A DNA stretch of 54,075 nt, taken from NCBI RefSeq assembly GCF_031769215.1, contig NW_026783112.1, forward strand, positions 1 to 54,075, given 5' to 3'. Below are positions 1 to 9,736 of the stretch, one piece after another; the first letter of the stretch is position 1; the number at the start of each line of letters is the position of its first letter. The notes beneath the pieces were generated by a model. The model did no database searches. It was given only the letters and a program-made list of their open reading frames with translations, and was not told the origin of the DNA. Source of the stretch: Ylistrum balloti (Eukaryota). Made by a program: the position numbers and the translations under genes.

Positions 1-379
1 ACCTTTGATTCGATACCGAACCCGTGATTTAACCAAAATTCTACCAAGCAGTAGTCGGACAATGAGAAGAATTGACCGTATCAAAGGAAGAACCGATGAC
101 ATGTTGATCATTAAGGGGGTCAATGTATTCCCTTCACAAATAGAAGAATTAATCTTTCAGTTTTCTGATTTCGAACCTGTCTTCCAATTACAGGAGGTTA
201 AAGAAGGAGCTTTAAATAACCTTCACATTTTTGTTGAGTTAAAAGAGCATGGTGATCCAAATAAAGCTAAAGATTTACGGCAAAAAATTAAAGGAATGAT
301 TGGTATTAATAGCCAAATTTTTATTAAAAATAAAGGTAGCTTACCACGATCTCAGGGTAAGGCTGTTCGCATTAAATAG
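1..379 (+). CDS. paaK: Phenylacetate-CoA ligase family protein, C-terminal part (5' end outside window)
   Basis: IRYRTRDLT...RRIDRIKGRTDDMLIIKGVNVFPSQIEE and terminal LPRSQGKAVR match the PaaK C-terminus; frame open at the window edge. Confidence 0.85.
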   Translation, partial: PLIRYRTRDLTKILPSSSRTMRRIDRIKGRTDDMLIIKGVNVFPSQIEELIFQFSDFEPVFQLQEVKEGALNNLHIFVELKEHGDPNKAKDLRQKIKGMIGINSQIFIKNKGSLPRSQGKAVRIK

Positions 380-504
380 TGGTTACTAATATTAATTGGT
401 TTAATTGAATTTATATTACAATAATGAATTAAAAGTTTTACGTTATTATTTAATAGCGGACTCTAATTGCCCTTCAATTTTCTCCTCTTTTTTATTTTTT
501 AAAT

Positions 505-1551
505 TTGAATTTTTTCCAAGATAGACAAGCAATTCTTCCTTTGATAAAGGAATGGAAGAAACAAGGATATACCATTGGTTTCACTTCAGGAAGTTTTGAC
601 CTCATCCATTATGGGCATCTTTCTTATTTAATGCAAGCGAAGAAAGTTTGTGATCGGTTGGTGGTAGCGGTCAATAGTGATAGCTCCGTAAGAAAATACA
701 AAGGTTTGAGAAGACCAATCATACAAGAACAAAATCGACTGGAAATTGTAGCCAGCTTGGGAATGGTTGATGCTGCTTTTTTATTCATTGAAGAAAAAAA
801 TCAAGAAAACATCTTGACTATTCAACCGAATTTCTATGTTAAGGGTGGAGATTACAAAGGTAGTCAACTGAGCTCTGCAAAATACCTTAAGCAGTGGGGA
901 GGAGAGGTTGTTATTATTAATTTTGAAAAAGGTTGCTCCACAACTAAGATCATTGAAAAGATTCTTGCCAAGTATCATGATACTCTTCCAGTATCCTTGC
1001 CTTTACCTGACACTCCTAAAAAGCCAACTATTTTTCTTGACCGAGATGGAGTCATCAATAAGGAAATAGAATACTTGCACGATCCAAGAGATCTTATTCT
1101 TTATCCCGATGTTGTTGGTGCTTTAAAAAGGCTAAAGGACGAGAGTTTTAGTTTGGTGATTGTCACCAATCAAGCGGGAATTGGTTTAGGCTATTTTAGC
1201 AAAGAAGATTTTTTCAAAGTTAATAAGAAGATGCTGTCAATTTTCAGTAAAAATCAAATCATCATTGATAAGGTTTACTACTGTCCACATTCACTTGGTC
1301 AGAAGTGTCAATGCCGTAAACCCGAAACCTTATTGATAGAAAGGGGAATTGCTGATGTAAATGTTGACATTGAAAAAAGTTTTTTCATAGGAGACAAGAC
1401 TTCCGATATTTTAGCTGGCAGTAAGATGGGACTCAAAACAATTTTGATGAAAACAGGTCATGGAGGAGGAGATCAAGAATATGAAGTGTCACCCGATCAT
1501 GTAGCGGATGATCTCAATCAAGCAGTTAATTGGATATTGACAAATAAATAA
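505..1551 (+). CDS. Bifunctional RfaE domain II-type heptose nucleotidyltransferase fused to GmhB D,D-heptose-1,7-bisphosphate phosphatase
   Basis: N-half GSFDLIHYGH (HxGH), VAVNSDSSVRKYKG..RPI, YVKGGDY, STTKII; C-half HAD motif FLDRDGVIN, VTNQAGIG, YYCPH..CQCRKP, FIGDKTSDI; TTG start. Confidence 0.9.
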   Translation: MNFFQDRQAILPLIKEWKKQGYTIGFTSGSFDLIHYGHLSYLMQAKKVCDRLVVAVNSDSSVRKYKGLRRPIIQEQNRLEIVASLGMVDAAFLFIEEKNQENILTIQPNFYVKGGDYKGSQLSSAKYLKQWGGEVVIINFEKGCSTTKIIEKILAKYHDTLPVSLPLPDTPKKPTIFLDRDGVINKEIEYLHDPRDLILYPDVVGALKRLKDESFSLVIVTNQAGIGLGYFSKEDFFKVNKKMLSIFSKNQIIIDKVYYCPHSLGQKCQCRKPETLLIERGIADVNVDIEKSFFIGDKTSDILAGSKMGLKTILMKTGHGGGDQEYEVSPDHVADDLNQAVNWILTNK

Positions 1552-1552
1552 T

Positions 1553-2371
1553 ATGGGAAGAGTAAAAAAGTTCCATCTGAAATTCAGCGATCATGAAAAT
1601 TTAAAGGGTAATCGAAAAAAAGAATCCAATTACTATCGCCGGCTCATCGCTTCCAAAAAAATAACCTACATTCATAGTTTAATTGAAAACATTGATCAAC
1701 TTAGCATTGTAAGTTCCTTTGTCCATCCCGAAATTAAGTCCGGTTTAATTGATCGTTTTCTGGTGCTTGCTCACCACTTTAGTAAGGACGTCTTTATTGT
1801 TCTTACAAAAAGTGACTTGGTTGATAAAGAAGTGATTCAATATTATGAATCCATTTATAAAAATTACTATCGTGTTTTCGTAATTTCTAATAATGAAATT
1901 TCTAATAATGATAATGATGAAAAAAAAACCAAAGAAAAGAAAGGTGATTTTGAAAGAATAAAAAAAGTCTTTAAAAATTGCCATACAGCTATTATTGGAC
2001 ATTCGGGGGTAGGAAAAACTTCTCTGCTTAACAATATTGATGAGAATTTCAAAGGTAGATTTCAGGAAGTTTCAAGTTACACTCGTCGAGGTAGGCATAC
2101 AACAACCCGAATAAAAAAACATGATTTTTATTTCGGAGGAGTGGTCTATGACATGCCGGGTCTTAAAGAAATTGATTACATTGACTTAGAAAAAAATGAA
2201 TTAAAAAACTATTATCCCGAATTCAGAAATTTTGAAAATGGCTGTGCCTATAAAAACTGTCTCCACATTCACGAACCGAACTGTCAAGTAAAGCAGGCAG
2301 TTGAAAAAGAAGAGATTCATCCAATACGTTACCAAAATTATTTAAACATTTTGGGAGACCTTAGTCATTAG
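1553..2371 (+). CDS. rsgA: Ribosome small subunit-dependent GTPase A (short N-terminus)
   Basis: Circularly permuted GTPase order TKSD, GHSGVGKTS, RGRHTTT, DMPG; zinc finger CAYKNCLHIHEPNC. Confidence 0.93.
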   Translation: MGRVKKFHLKFSDHENLKGNRKKESNYYRRLIASKKITYIHSLIENIDQLSIVSSFVHPEIKSGLIDRFLVLAHHFSKDVFIVLTKSDLVDKEVIQYYESIYKNYYRVFVISNNEISNNDNDEKKTKEKKGDFERIKKVFKNCHTAIIGHSGVGKTSLLNNIDENFKGRFQEVSSYTRRGRHTTTRIKKHDFYFGGVVYDMPGLKEIDYIDLEKNELKNYYPEFRNFENGCAYKNCLHIHEPNCQVKQAVEKEEIHPIRYQNYLNILGDLSH

Positions 2372-2402
2372 TATTTAGAATGGATGGTTGGAGAAAAAAA
2401 GT

Positions 2403-3476
2403 TTAGGAGTTAAAAGCCAAAATTTTTTCTTTGTTTTCTTTTTCTTTAAGTTTTTCGATTACCTCTTCAATATTGCCTTCCATGAAACTTTCAAGCCGGT
2501 AGAGGGTTAATTGAATTCGGTGATCACTGATTCGAGATTGGGGATAGTTGTAAGTTCTTATTTTTTCGGACCTTTCTCCAGTCCCAATTTGGCTCTTTCT
2601 CTGTTGGTCTTGGTTTTCTTTAAATTGTTTTTGTTGCTGTTCATATAATCTTGCTCTTAGAATCACCATGGCTTTATTTCTGTTTTTTGATTGTGATCTT
2701 TCGTCTTGGCAGGTTGCGACGACTTTGGTTGGAAGGTGAGTGATGCGAATGGCAGAGTCTGTCGTGTTAACATGTTGCCCTCCAGCGCCACTCGCACGAT
2801 AGGTATCGATTTTTAAATCCTTTTCTAATATTTCAATATCTTTTTCCTCAGCTTCCGGAAGAACAGCTACGGTAACGGTAGAGGTGTGAATTCTTCCATT
2901 GGTTTCAGTCCGGGGAATTCTTTGAACCCGATGCACTCCAGTTTCATATTTGAGGCTTTCAAAAACACTTTTTCCAGTAATTGAGAAAATAATTTCTTTA
3001 AAGCCTTTAAGTCCACTTGAAGAACTGGATAGGGTTTCTAATTTCCATTTTTTTTTTTCGCAAAAAAAAGAATACATCCTAAAGAGGTCTGCAGAAAACA
3101 AACTTGCTTCTTCTCCACCAGTGCCAGCTCGAATTTCCATAACGACATTCCGATTGTCTTCAAGCGATCTAGGAAGCATGAGAATTTTTAGTTTTTCCCT
3201 TTGTTTATCAAGAGAAGCTTCTTCAGTAGTGAGTTCTTCTTTGATATAGGAAACCATGTCCTGATCTTTTTCTTCCTTAAGCATTTTCTTATAATCTGAA
3301 ACCTTGGTCTCGGTTTTTTTAATCTCTTGCGAATGAGAATGAATTTCTTCTAATCGATTAAATTCATGAATGGTTTTTTTATAGTTGTGTGGATCCTTAA
3401 TTAAATTGGGGTCGGAGAGTTTTTCTCTTAATAACTTGTAGTTAGCTTTAATGGCAACTAATTGCTTTTCAAACAT
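2403..3476 (-). CDS. prfA: Peptide chain release factor 1
   Basis: EIRAGTGGEEA, GVHRVQRIPRTE (PxT specificity motif), ASGAGGQHVNTTDSA (GGQ), RTYNYPQSRISDHR. Confidence 0.98.
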   Translation of the reverse strand: MFEKQLVAIKANYKLLREKLSDPNLIKDPHNYKKTIHEFNRLEEIHSHSQEIKKTETKVSDYKKMLKEEKDQDMVSYIKEELTTEEASLDKQREKLKILMLPRSLEDNRNVVMEIRAGTGGEEASLFSADLFRMYSFFCEKKKWKLETLSSSSSGLKGFKEIIFSITGKSVFESLKYETGVHRVQRIPRTETNGRIHTSTVTVAVLPEAEEKDIEILEKDLKIDTYRASGAGGQHVNTTDSAIRITHLPTKVVATCQDERSQSKNRNKAMVILRARLYEQQQKQFKENQDQQRKSQIGTGERSEKIRTYNYPQSRISDHRIQLTLYRLESFMEGNIEEVIEKLKEKENKEKILAFNS

Positions 3477-3485
3477 GAATGGAAA

Positions 3486-4745
3486 TTAAATTATGGGAAT
3501 AAACTCAAGTTCTTTTTTAAAATTAACACTTTCGTTAATTTTCTTCTTAAGGAGATGGGGTTTCCCAATAAGATAGGCAGTAATTTTCCCTCCTTTAGAC
3601 TCTAGACAAACCTTTTCGTAATTCTGTAAGATTGCTTTGGGAAGTTTAGAATAATATTCCTCTTTGAAATAAAGAGGCACCCCTTCCTTCCAAAGCATTT
3701 CGATGTCTTCCGTATTGGCGTTCACCACTTTTTTGTAAGGGTCAACCTCCTTGGATTTTTTTAAAATTAAGATATCAGCTAGTTTGCCTTCTTCAATTGT
3801 GCCCAGTTGTTGATCCAGTCTAAAAGCTTTTGCTGGATTGATTGTGATCATTTTAAAAAGCAACTTGGGAGAAATTTTACTTCCGTACAATTTTTGGTAG
3901 GTCTTTTGAGCGAATTGCAGTTCTGCAAAAAGGTTTACGCTTCCGGACATTGGTGAGTCGGTACCTAAGCAAACATTCACCCCTTGTTCAATGAAGTCTT
4001 TGATCTTGGCGGTTTGATTGAACATGTAATAGTTAGAGTTGGGACACCAAACCATGGATGCTTTCTGTTTAGCAATAAGTTTGATGTCCTCTAAAGAACA
4101 ACTAACACAGTGAACCAATACCGAGTTTTTAAAAATTCCTTTCTTCCTGTGAAGGATTTCTGTACCTTGTTTAGATTCTTCATCAAAGCCCTCTTCCAAA
4201 TGAGTGATAAAAGGAATGTTTTTCTTCTTAGCTCTTTCAATTTCAACCTTGTGATCATCTCCCCATTTTAATTCGTAAGAAGAAATTTCGTGAGCCAAGC
4301 AATATTCTTTAATAATTCTAACAAATGATCCACCTAAGAAGTCTTTATGAACAATGTGAGGAATGTGATCGCAGACGGTGGTGACTCCAGAAAGAATTTG
4401 GCGATAATAAGATATTTGGTAAATGTGTGCGTTTGTCAGCATGGATCGTTCTTGATAGAGGTCAGATGTTTTAAGATCATCGTCCCATGGTTTCCAGCTT
4501 AGATAGGGACCTCTTCCAACACGTGGCAGGTAAGTTCCCAACAAGTGATCATGGGCATTGAATAAACCTGGGTAGGCAATGCAATTCTTGAAGTCTAACG
4601 GGTTGTTAAGGGACTTACCCATTTTTTTAAAACTGATTTTCCCATTAACTAAATGTATTGTTTGGTTAGATGTCAATTTATCGGGATTACAAAGATCCAC
4701 ATGATTGAGCGAAAAAGAAATTTTTTTCGGAAAGGTTTGTTGCAT
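3486..4745 (-). CDS. Amidohydrolase superfamily metal-dependent hydrolase, substrate unknown
   Basis: PGLFNAHDH (HxH), THLEEG, LVHC, LGTDS, TINPAKAFRL..GTIEEGKLADI. Confidence 0.85.
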   Translation of the reverse strand: MQQTFPKKISFSLNHVDLCNPDKLTSNQTIHLVNGKISFKKMGKSLNNPLDFKNCIAYPGLFNAHDHLLGTYLPRVGRGPYLSWKPWDDDLKTSDLYQERSMLTNAHIYQISYYRQILSGVTTVCDHIPHIVHKDFLGGSFVRIIKEYCLAHEISSYELKWGDDHKVEIERAKKKNIPFITHLEEGFDEESKQGTEILHRKKGIFKNSVLVHCVSCSLEDIKLIAKQKASMVWCPNSNYYMFNQTAKIKDFIEQGVNVCLGTDSPMSGSVNLFAELQFAQKTYQKLYGSKISPKLLFKMITINPAKAFRLDQQLGTIEEGKLADILILKKSKEVDPYKKVVNANTEDIEMLWKEGVPLYFKEEYYSKLPKAILQNYEKVCLESKGGKITAYLIGKPHLLKKKINESVNFKKELEFIPII

Positions 4746-4758
4746 TCCTTAAATTTTA

Positions 4759-5649
4759 TTATAAAAAATCTTTTAATTGAGTATTTAACTCAGAATTCTT
4801 TATTTTAGAAAGAGCCCCTTTATTAATTTGTCTAATCCTTTCGCCTGATAACTTAAATTCTTTTTTAATTTCGTTAAATTTTTTTCGCGAATTATTGTTC
4901 AGTCCGTAATACATGGTGATAATTTTAAATTCTTGAGGAGTAAGGATTTTTTCAATTTTTTTTAGGTTCTCTTGGAGAGTTTTTTGAAAGAGATTTTTCT
5001 CTGGGAAGTTTTGGTCTTTTTGATTGTCGTTCAACTTACTGTCGACGTATTCTTGTTCAATATTTCCAATAGTTTTTTGGTAGATTTTTTTAGATAAATT
5101 ACGAATTGCTTTATGCATTATTGATGTATCTACCCCAATTTGTTTTTCAAAAGGTTGGAAAGGGACCGGCGTTTCCCCTACTCTATTACTTCTTGAGATA
5201 GAAGTGAAATTTCGATTGTCGTAATAGAATTGACTGGAGATTCTACGAGTAATCTTTTCACGGTGCATGATGGCAGTAAGAATAGCATTCTTAACAACGA
5301 AACTCGCAAAGGTAGAAAACTTAATGTTTTTTTTATAGTCAAAGTGATCCACGGCTTTGATAAGTGCCAAATTACCTTCCTCAATCAGGTCGAATAATTG
5401 AATATAGCGATTTCGGTATTTCTTTGCAATTTGAACAACAATTAAATAACAACTTTCAACCAGACTATTTCGATAAACCTTAATTTTGTCTTCAATTTCT
5501 TTTTGTATTGTTTTGTTTTCAATTCTTTTAAATTTACTTTTTAATTGAGATATTTTTTTTGCGTAGTCTAATTGTTCATCTTTGTTAAGAATTTTCTTCC
5601 TACTGATTTCCTTTAGATAGATTTTTTCGCCGTAGCTGTGTTGAACCAA
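4759..5649 (-). CDS. Sigma70-family RNA polymerase sigma factor (RpoD/RpoS-like architecture, degenerate)
   Basis: Region 1.2 YLKEISR..IL; region 2 IAKKYRNR..DLIEEGNLALIKAVDHFDY..KFST; region 4 LTPQE..GL..ERIRQI..ALSKIK. Confidence 0.88.
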   Translation of the reverse strand: MVQHSYGEKIYLKEISRKKILNKDEQLDYAKKISQLKSKFKRIENKTIQKEIEDKIKVYRNSLVESCYLIVVQIAKKYRNRYIQLFDLIEEGNLALIKAVDHFDYKKNIKFSTFASFVVKNAILTAIMHREKITRRISSQFYYDNRNFTSISRSNRVGETPVPFQPFEKQIGVDTSIMHKAIRNLSKKIYQKTIGNIEQEYVDSKLNDNQKDQNFPEKNLFQKTLQENLKKIEKILTPQEFKIITMYYGLNNNSRKKFNEIKKEFKLSGERIRQINKGALSKIKNSELNTQLKDFL

Positions 5650-5652
5650 AAT

Positions 5653-8600
5653 CTAATTTGTTTTCCTAAATAAATCTTTAAAATAGTTCACTATTGTATC
5701 ATTAATAATAAACAATATCGGTACAATAAACAAAGCAGATAGAGTTCCAAAAAGCATTCCCCAAAGCATCCCCATAGTCATAGGAGAGACAATACTGTCT
5801 GTTTCTCCTATCACTTTATAAGCAATAGGGATGAATCCTATGACTGTGGTGATGGAAGTGATTAAAATAGGGCGAAACCTTGCTATTGCCCCTTGAATCA
5901 CAGCTTGCTGAACAGACAAAGAGGGGACTGTTTCAGGATGACTTTCTTTGTTTTGGCTATTAATGAAGTCGATCATAATAATGGAAGAATTAATTACTAC
6001 TCCACTGAAGCCGAGAATTCCAATCAAAGTAAGGAAGGTGATGTTCATATCTTGTAAGGCGAAAGCAAAAAAAATGCCAACGACTCCAAAGGGTATTGAA
6101 GAGATAACAAGGAATGGTTGGCTTAAGTTTTTAAATTGAATTACCAGGATTAAATAAATAAAAAACACAGATGCAAGAATAGCAAAACTAAATTTCGTTA
6201 AAGTGTCTTGACTCTCAATTGCTTCTCCAGAAAAAGTGATTTTCAAATCTGGATACTGCTCTTGCAAGGGAAAATATTCCTGGCTCAATTCTTCAATGAT
6301 CAAACCCGAGTTCACTTTCTCGGTATCAAAACTGGCTGTAATGGTATTTTTAGTTCTTCCTTGTTCCTTGATTATTTCAGGTAAGCCAGTAGATTCTTCC
6401 AATTTCACTAATTCTTTGATGTGAACTAATTGCCTGAGAGGGTTGAGGAGGTAAATATCTTCTAATGGGTCTTCAATGTTTCTTGATGCTTCGTCAAGTT
6501 TAATAACCCACTCGAGATTGTCATTATCTTGATGAACCTCATTGACTTTAACTCCTTCATAAGAAAATCGAAGGGTGTTTGCAATACTAGAAGTAGTGAT
6601 TCCCGAAAAGGAGATCTGTTCATTAGGAGTCACTTTAAATTCGGATTGGTTTTCTTCTAAGTCGGTGGAGATTCCCGAAAAGTAATTTCGGGTAGTCATG
6701 TGTTGCTTGACGAAATCAACGACTTTTTTTCGAGTTTGTGAGTTGTGTGAAAAAATATTCACCTCTATAGGCTTTCCAGCAGGTGGTCCACCAGAGTCAA
6801 TATGAAAATCAATGGAGTTCAATTTAATGTTGGGGTCATGGGATATGGCTTGCTTAATAAAGTCTTGCACCTCTTGGGCAATAAGTTCTCTTTCAAGGAA
6901 AGGGGTAAGGGATAGGTAAATATTGAAATTATTTTCTGCATTGCCACCCACAATGGTTCTGTAAGCATGGACAATGTTTTCTGGCAATTGGTCGATGATC
7001 TTTTCTATTTTAGCGACCTGCTCACTCGTAAAATTAAGGTTTTTGTTTAATTGAGTGGATCCAGAAATGAAGATTTTACTTGCTTGATCATTTGAGAAAA
7101 GAAAGAAATTAATTTGTTGAATAGACCAAAAGGCTACTCCAGTAGCTAAGGCTAAAATCAAAAGGAAATAAATAAAAGGCCTTTTCAAAAACCTGATCAA
7201 AAGTTTCTGATAGAAGATGATAAGTTTTTGAATGAAGACATCTCCATAGGGTTGTTTGCTTGTTAATTTAGCGTGTGCAAGGTGACTTGGTAGAATAAAC
7301 ATGGATTCAAAAAAACTTGACAGCATCATGAAACTCACTGTGATGGGTATTTCAATGGCAAAATCACCTAACATCCCTGGAATAAAGAATATGGAAAGGA
7401 AAGCTCCAATATTAGTAATCAAAGCAAAGAGAAGGGGTTTAAAAATTTTCTTCACTCCCATGATGCTTGCCTCTTCGGATGAGTAGCCTTTTTCTTGGTA
7501 AGAGCAAACAAGTTCACCAATGACGGCTGGGTTGTCAACGATAATTCCAAGGGTGAGGATGATGCCGCAAAGTGAGACATTGTTAATGGTGATGTCGGTT
7601 AGCCACATGAGAGTTAAAGTCAGCAAAATTGTGACAGGAATTTCAAAAACTGCCCAAAACGCAATAGACTTTCTCAAGAAAATAAAAATAGTAATAAAAA
7701 TAAGAACAAAACTCGTATAGCCATTATTAAGAGCGATGGAAAGGCGTTGTTCTGTTTCTGAAGCCCCGTTCTCTAAAATGACAACTTCTATATTAGGGTG
7801 ATCTTTTGAAAATTTTTCGACTAATGGGATGATGTTTTCTGAAAAATCAAGAATATCACTTTGGGGTTTCTTAACCACATCCAATTTATACCCATTTTTA
7901 CCATTATACTTAGTGATGAATTTTTGTTTTTCTAGAGCGTAGCGAACTTCTCCAATATCTTTAACTCTTAAAACGATTCCTTCTGTTTCATTAAGACCAC
8001 TTGCACGAAGTGAAATATTAGCAATTTCTTCTGGATTTTGTGCTTCTGATAATGTGATGATATTTTTGATTTGGGTTTTGGATTCTAAATTACCAGCAGT
8101 TAGCCTTACTTGGCTTGACTTGATCATTTGATAAACTTCTTCAAAAGTGATTTTGAATTCCTTCATTTTTTTTTTATCAAGTAAAATGTGAAGTTGTTTT
8201 TTGGGAATGTCTTCATAAATTTGGGAAACGAGATCAGAGTTTAAGATAATATTTTTAAGCTCTAATGTTTTTTCTCTTAATTCAAATGCATCGATATTTT
8301 TAGAAACCAAACCCAGTAAAAGAGTGGGCATGTTATCAATTTTGATTTCAGAAGTTTTGGGTCGACTTAACATTTCTGATGGAAAGTCAGCAATGTCGCT
8401 GACCTCATCTCGTATCTTTCTTTTCACGTCTTCTGCTTCTGCTTCGGTATCAATTTCAATGAAGATAAAGGATCGGTCTGCAGATGAGGTGGAGGTATAT
8501 TTTTTAATCCCTCCGATGGTTTCTAACCTTTCTTCTATTTTACTTGTTACTCTAGAGTTAATTTCAAATACGGAAAATCCTGGGACAATTGTTTCAATAG

Positions 8601-8739
8601 TCATTTGATTGAGGTCAACTCGGGGGTAGGCGAAACGTTTGAGATTGGTGATGGCAATAACCGCAACGGAAAATATCATTAAAATGAGTATCCATTTAAT
8701 TAAAGTATTCTTAATGAGGAAAAGAATAATTTTTGACAT
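5653..8739 (-). CDS. RND family (AcrB/AcrD/AcrF) efflux transporter permease subunit
   Basis: 1028 aa; two TM blocks separated by large periplasmic loops; GIIVDN, RFRPILITSITTVIGFIP motifs. Confidence 0.92.
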   Translation of the reverse strand: MSKIILFLIKNTLIKWILILMIFSVAVIAITNLKRFAYPRVDLNQMTIETIVPGFSVFEINSRVTSKIEERLETIGGIKKYTSTSSADRSFIFIEIDTEAEAEDVKRKIRDEVSDIADFPSEMLSRPKTSEIKIDNMPTLLLGLVSKNIDAFELREKTLELKNIILNSDLVSQIYEDIPKKQLHILLDKKKMKEFKITFEEVYQMIKSSQVRLTAGNLESKTQIKNIITLSEAQNPEEIANISLRASGLNETEGIVLRVKDIGEVRYALEKQKFITKYNGKNGYKLDVVKKPQSDILDFSENIIPLVEKFSKDHPNIEVVILENGASETEQRLSIALNNGYTSFVLIFITIFIFLRKSIAFWAVFEIPVTILLTLTLMWLTDITINNVSLCGIILTLGIIVDNPAVIGELVCSYQEKGYSSEEASIMGVKKIFKPLLFALITNIGAFLSIFFIPGMLGDFAIEIPITVSFMMLSSFFESMFILPSHLAHAKLTSKQPYGDVFIQKLIIFYQKLLIRFLKRPFIYFLLILALATGVAFWSIQQINFFLFSNDQASKIFISGSTQLNKNLNFTSEQVAKIEKIIDQLPENIVHAYRTIVGGNAENNFNIYLSLTPFLERELIAQEVQDFIKQAISHDPNIKLNSIDFHIDSGGPPAGKPIEVNIFSHNSQTRKKVVDFVKQHMTTRNYFSGISTDLEENQSEFKVTPNEQISFSGITTSSIANTLRFSYEGVKVNEVHQDNDNLEWVIKLDEASRNIEDPLEDIYLLNPLRQLVHIKELVKLEESTGLPEIIKEQGRTKNTITASFDTEKVNSGLIIEELSQEYFPLQEQYPDLKITFSGEAIESQDTLTKFSFAILASVFFIYLILVIQFKNLSQPFLVISSIPFGVVGIFFAFALQDMNITFLTLIGILGFSGVVINSSIIMIDFINSQNKESHPETVPSLSVQQAVIQGAIARFRPILITSITTVIGFIPIAYKVIGETDSIVSPMTMGMLWGMLFGTLSALFIVPILFIINDTIVNYFKDLFRKTN

Positions 8740-8770
8740 ATCTTCTTTATGAGTTTAGTTTTAGTGGAAG

Positions 8771-9736
8771 CTAATAGAGAACAACGGGAAAGTCCCATTT
8801 GATTCCATTTAAAAAGTCTCTACTTGAAAGTGTTTTCTTGTTAGATCGTTTGATTGCGGTAATTTCCAAACAACCGTCACTGAGACAAAGTATGAGTTTT
8901 CCTCCTTCCTTGTTAATGCTTCCGGGATTGATTGCTTTATTTTTTTTGATTTTTGATAACCCTTGTATCTCATATCTTATATTATTAACAAAAAAAAAAA
9001 GTCCTGGCCAAGGTTGGTAAGCAAGAAATTTAGCGTAAACTTCATCGGTTGTTTGATCTGTTTTAAGAAATCCTGCTTGTTTTTTTATTTTTTTACAATA
9101 AGTTGCTTTCTTATCTTCTTGAGGAGTGTAGGTTAAGTTGTCATCAAGTAATTTTTCAATAAAAATCGATAAAAGATCTCGGCTAGTTTCTTGACTTTTT
9201 TTGAAAACCTCTTGACTATTAAGACCTTTAATAGAGAAACTTTTTTGAAAAACAATGTCTCCTGCATCCAATTGATTATTAATTTTTTGAATCGTTACTC
9301 CACTTTTATTTTCTTGATGAAGGATGGCACTTTGTACTGGAGAGGCTCCTCGATACTTGGGGAGCAGGGAATAGTGTAGATTGAAACTTCCCAAAGGAGG
9401 AAGAGAAAAAAAACCTTGAGGAAGTATTTTCCCATATGATACAACAAAAATAAAGTCGCAGGAGAGATTTTTTAAAAAATGGATTTCCTCTTCGTCAATC
9501 TTATGGGGCTCCCTTAAATGGAGGTCGGGCAAAATGGGTTTTAACTCTTGATAATAACAAGCAATCTTACTTGATCGACTTTGCAGTCCCCTACCGTGTT
9601 TTTTGGGGGGAGTCGTCCAAAGAGCTTGAAGCGAGATTTCCGGGTGCTCCATCATCACAGATAAAATCTCCCTAGAGATAGCAGGTGAACCCATGAAGGC
9701 TAATTTAAGGGTTTTTGATTTTTGTACTGAGAGCAC
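8771..9736 (-). CDS. fmt: Methionyl-tRNA formyltransferase
   Basis: LAFMGSP, FVVSYGKILP, FNLHYSLLPKYRGASPVQSAIL, LDAGDI, AYQPWPG. Confidence 0.95.
   Translation of the reverse strand: MLSVQKSKTLKLAFMGSPAISREILSVMMEHPEISLQALWTTPPKKHGRGLQSRSSKIACYYQELKPILPDLHLREPHKIDEEEIHFLKNLSCDFIFVVSYGKILPQGFFSLPPLGSFNLHYSLLPKYRGASPVQSAILHQENKSGVTIQKINNQLDAGDIVFQKSFSIKGLNSQEVFKKSQETSRDLLSIFIEKLLDDNLTYTPQEDKKATYCKKIKKQAGFLKTDQTTDEVYAKFLAYQPWPGLFFFVNNIRYEIQGLSKIKKNKAINPGSINKEGGKLILCLSDGCLEITAIKRSNKKTLSSRDFLNGIKWDFPVVLY

Noticed and set aside
2403-3476. RF2-type programmed frameshift
   Set aside because: The gene is RF1 (PRT motif) with a continuous frame
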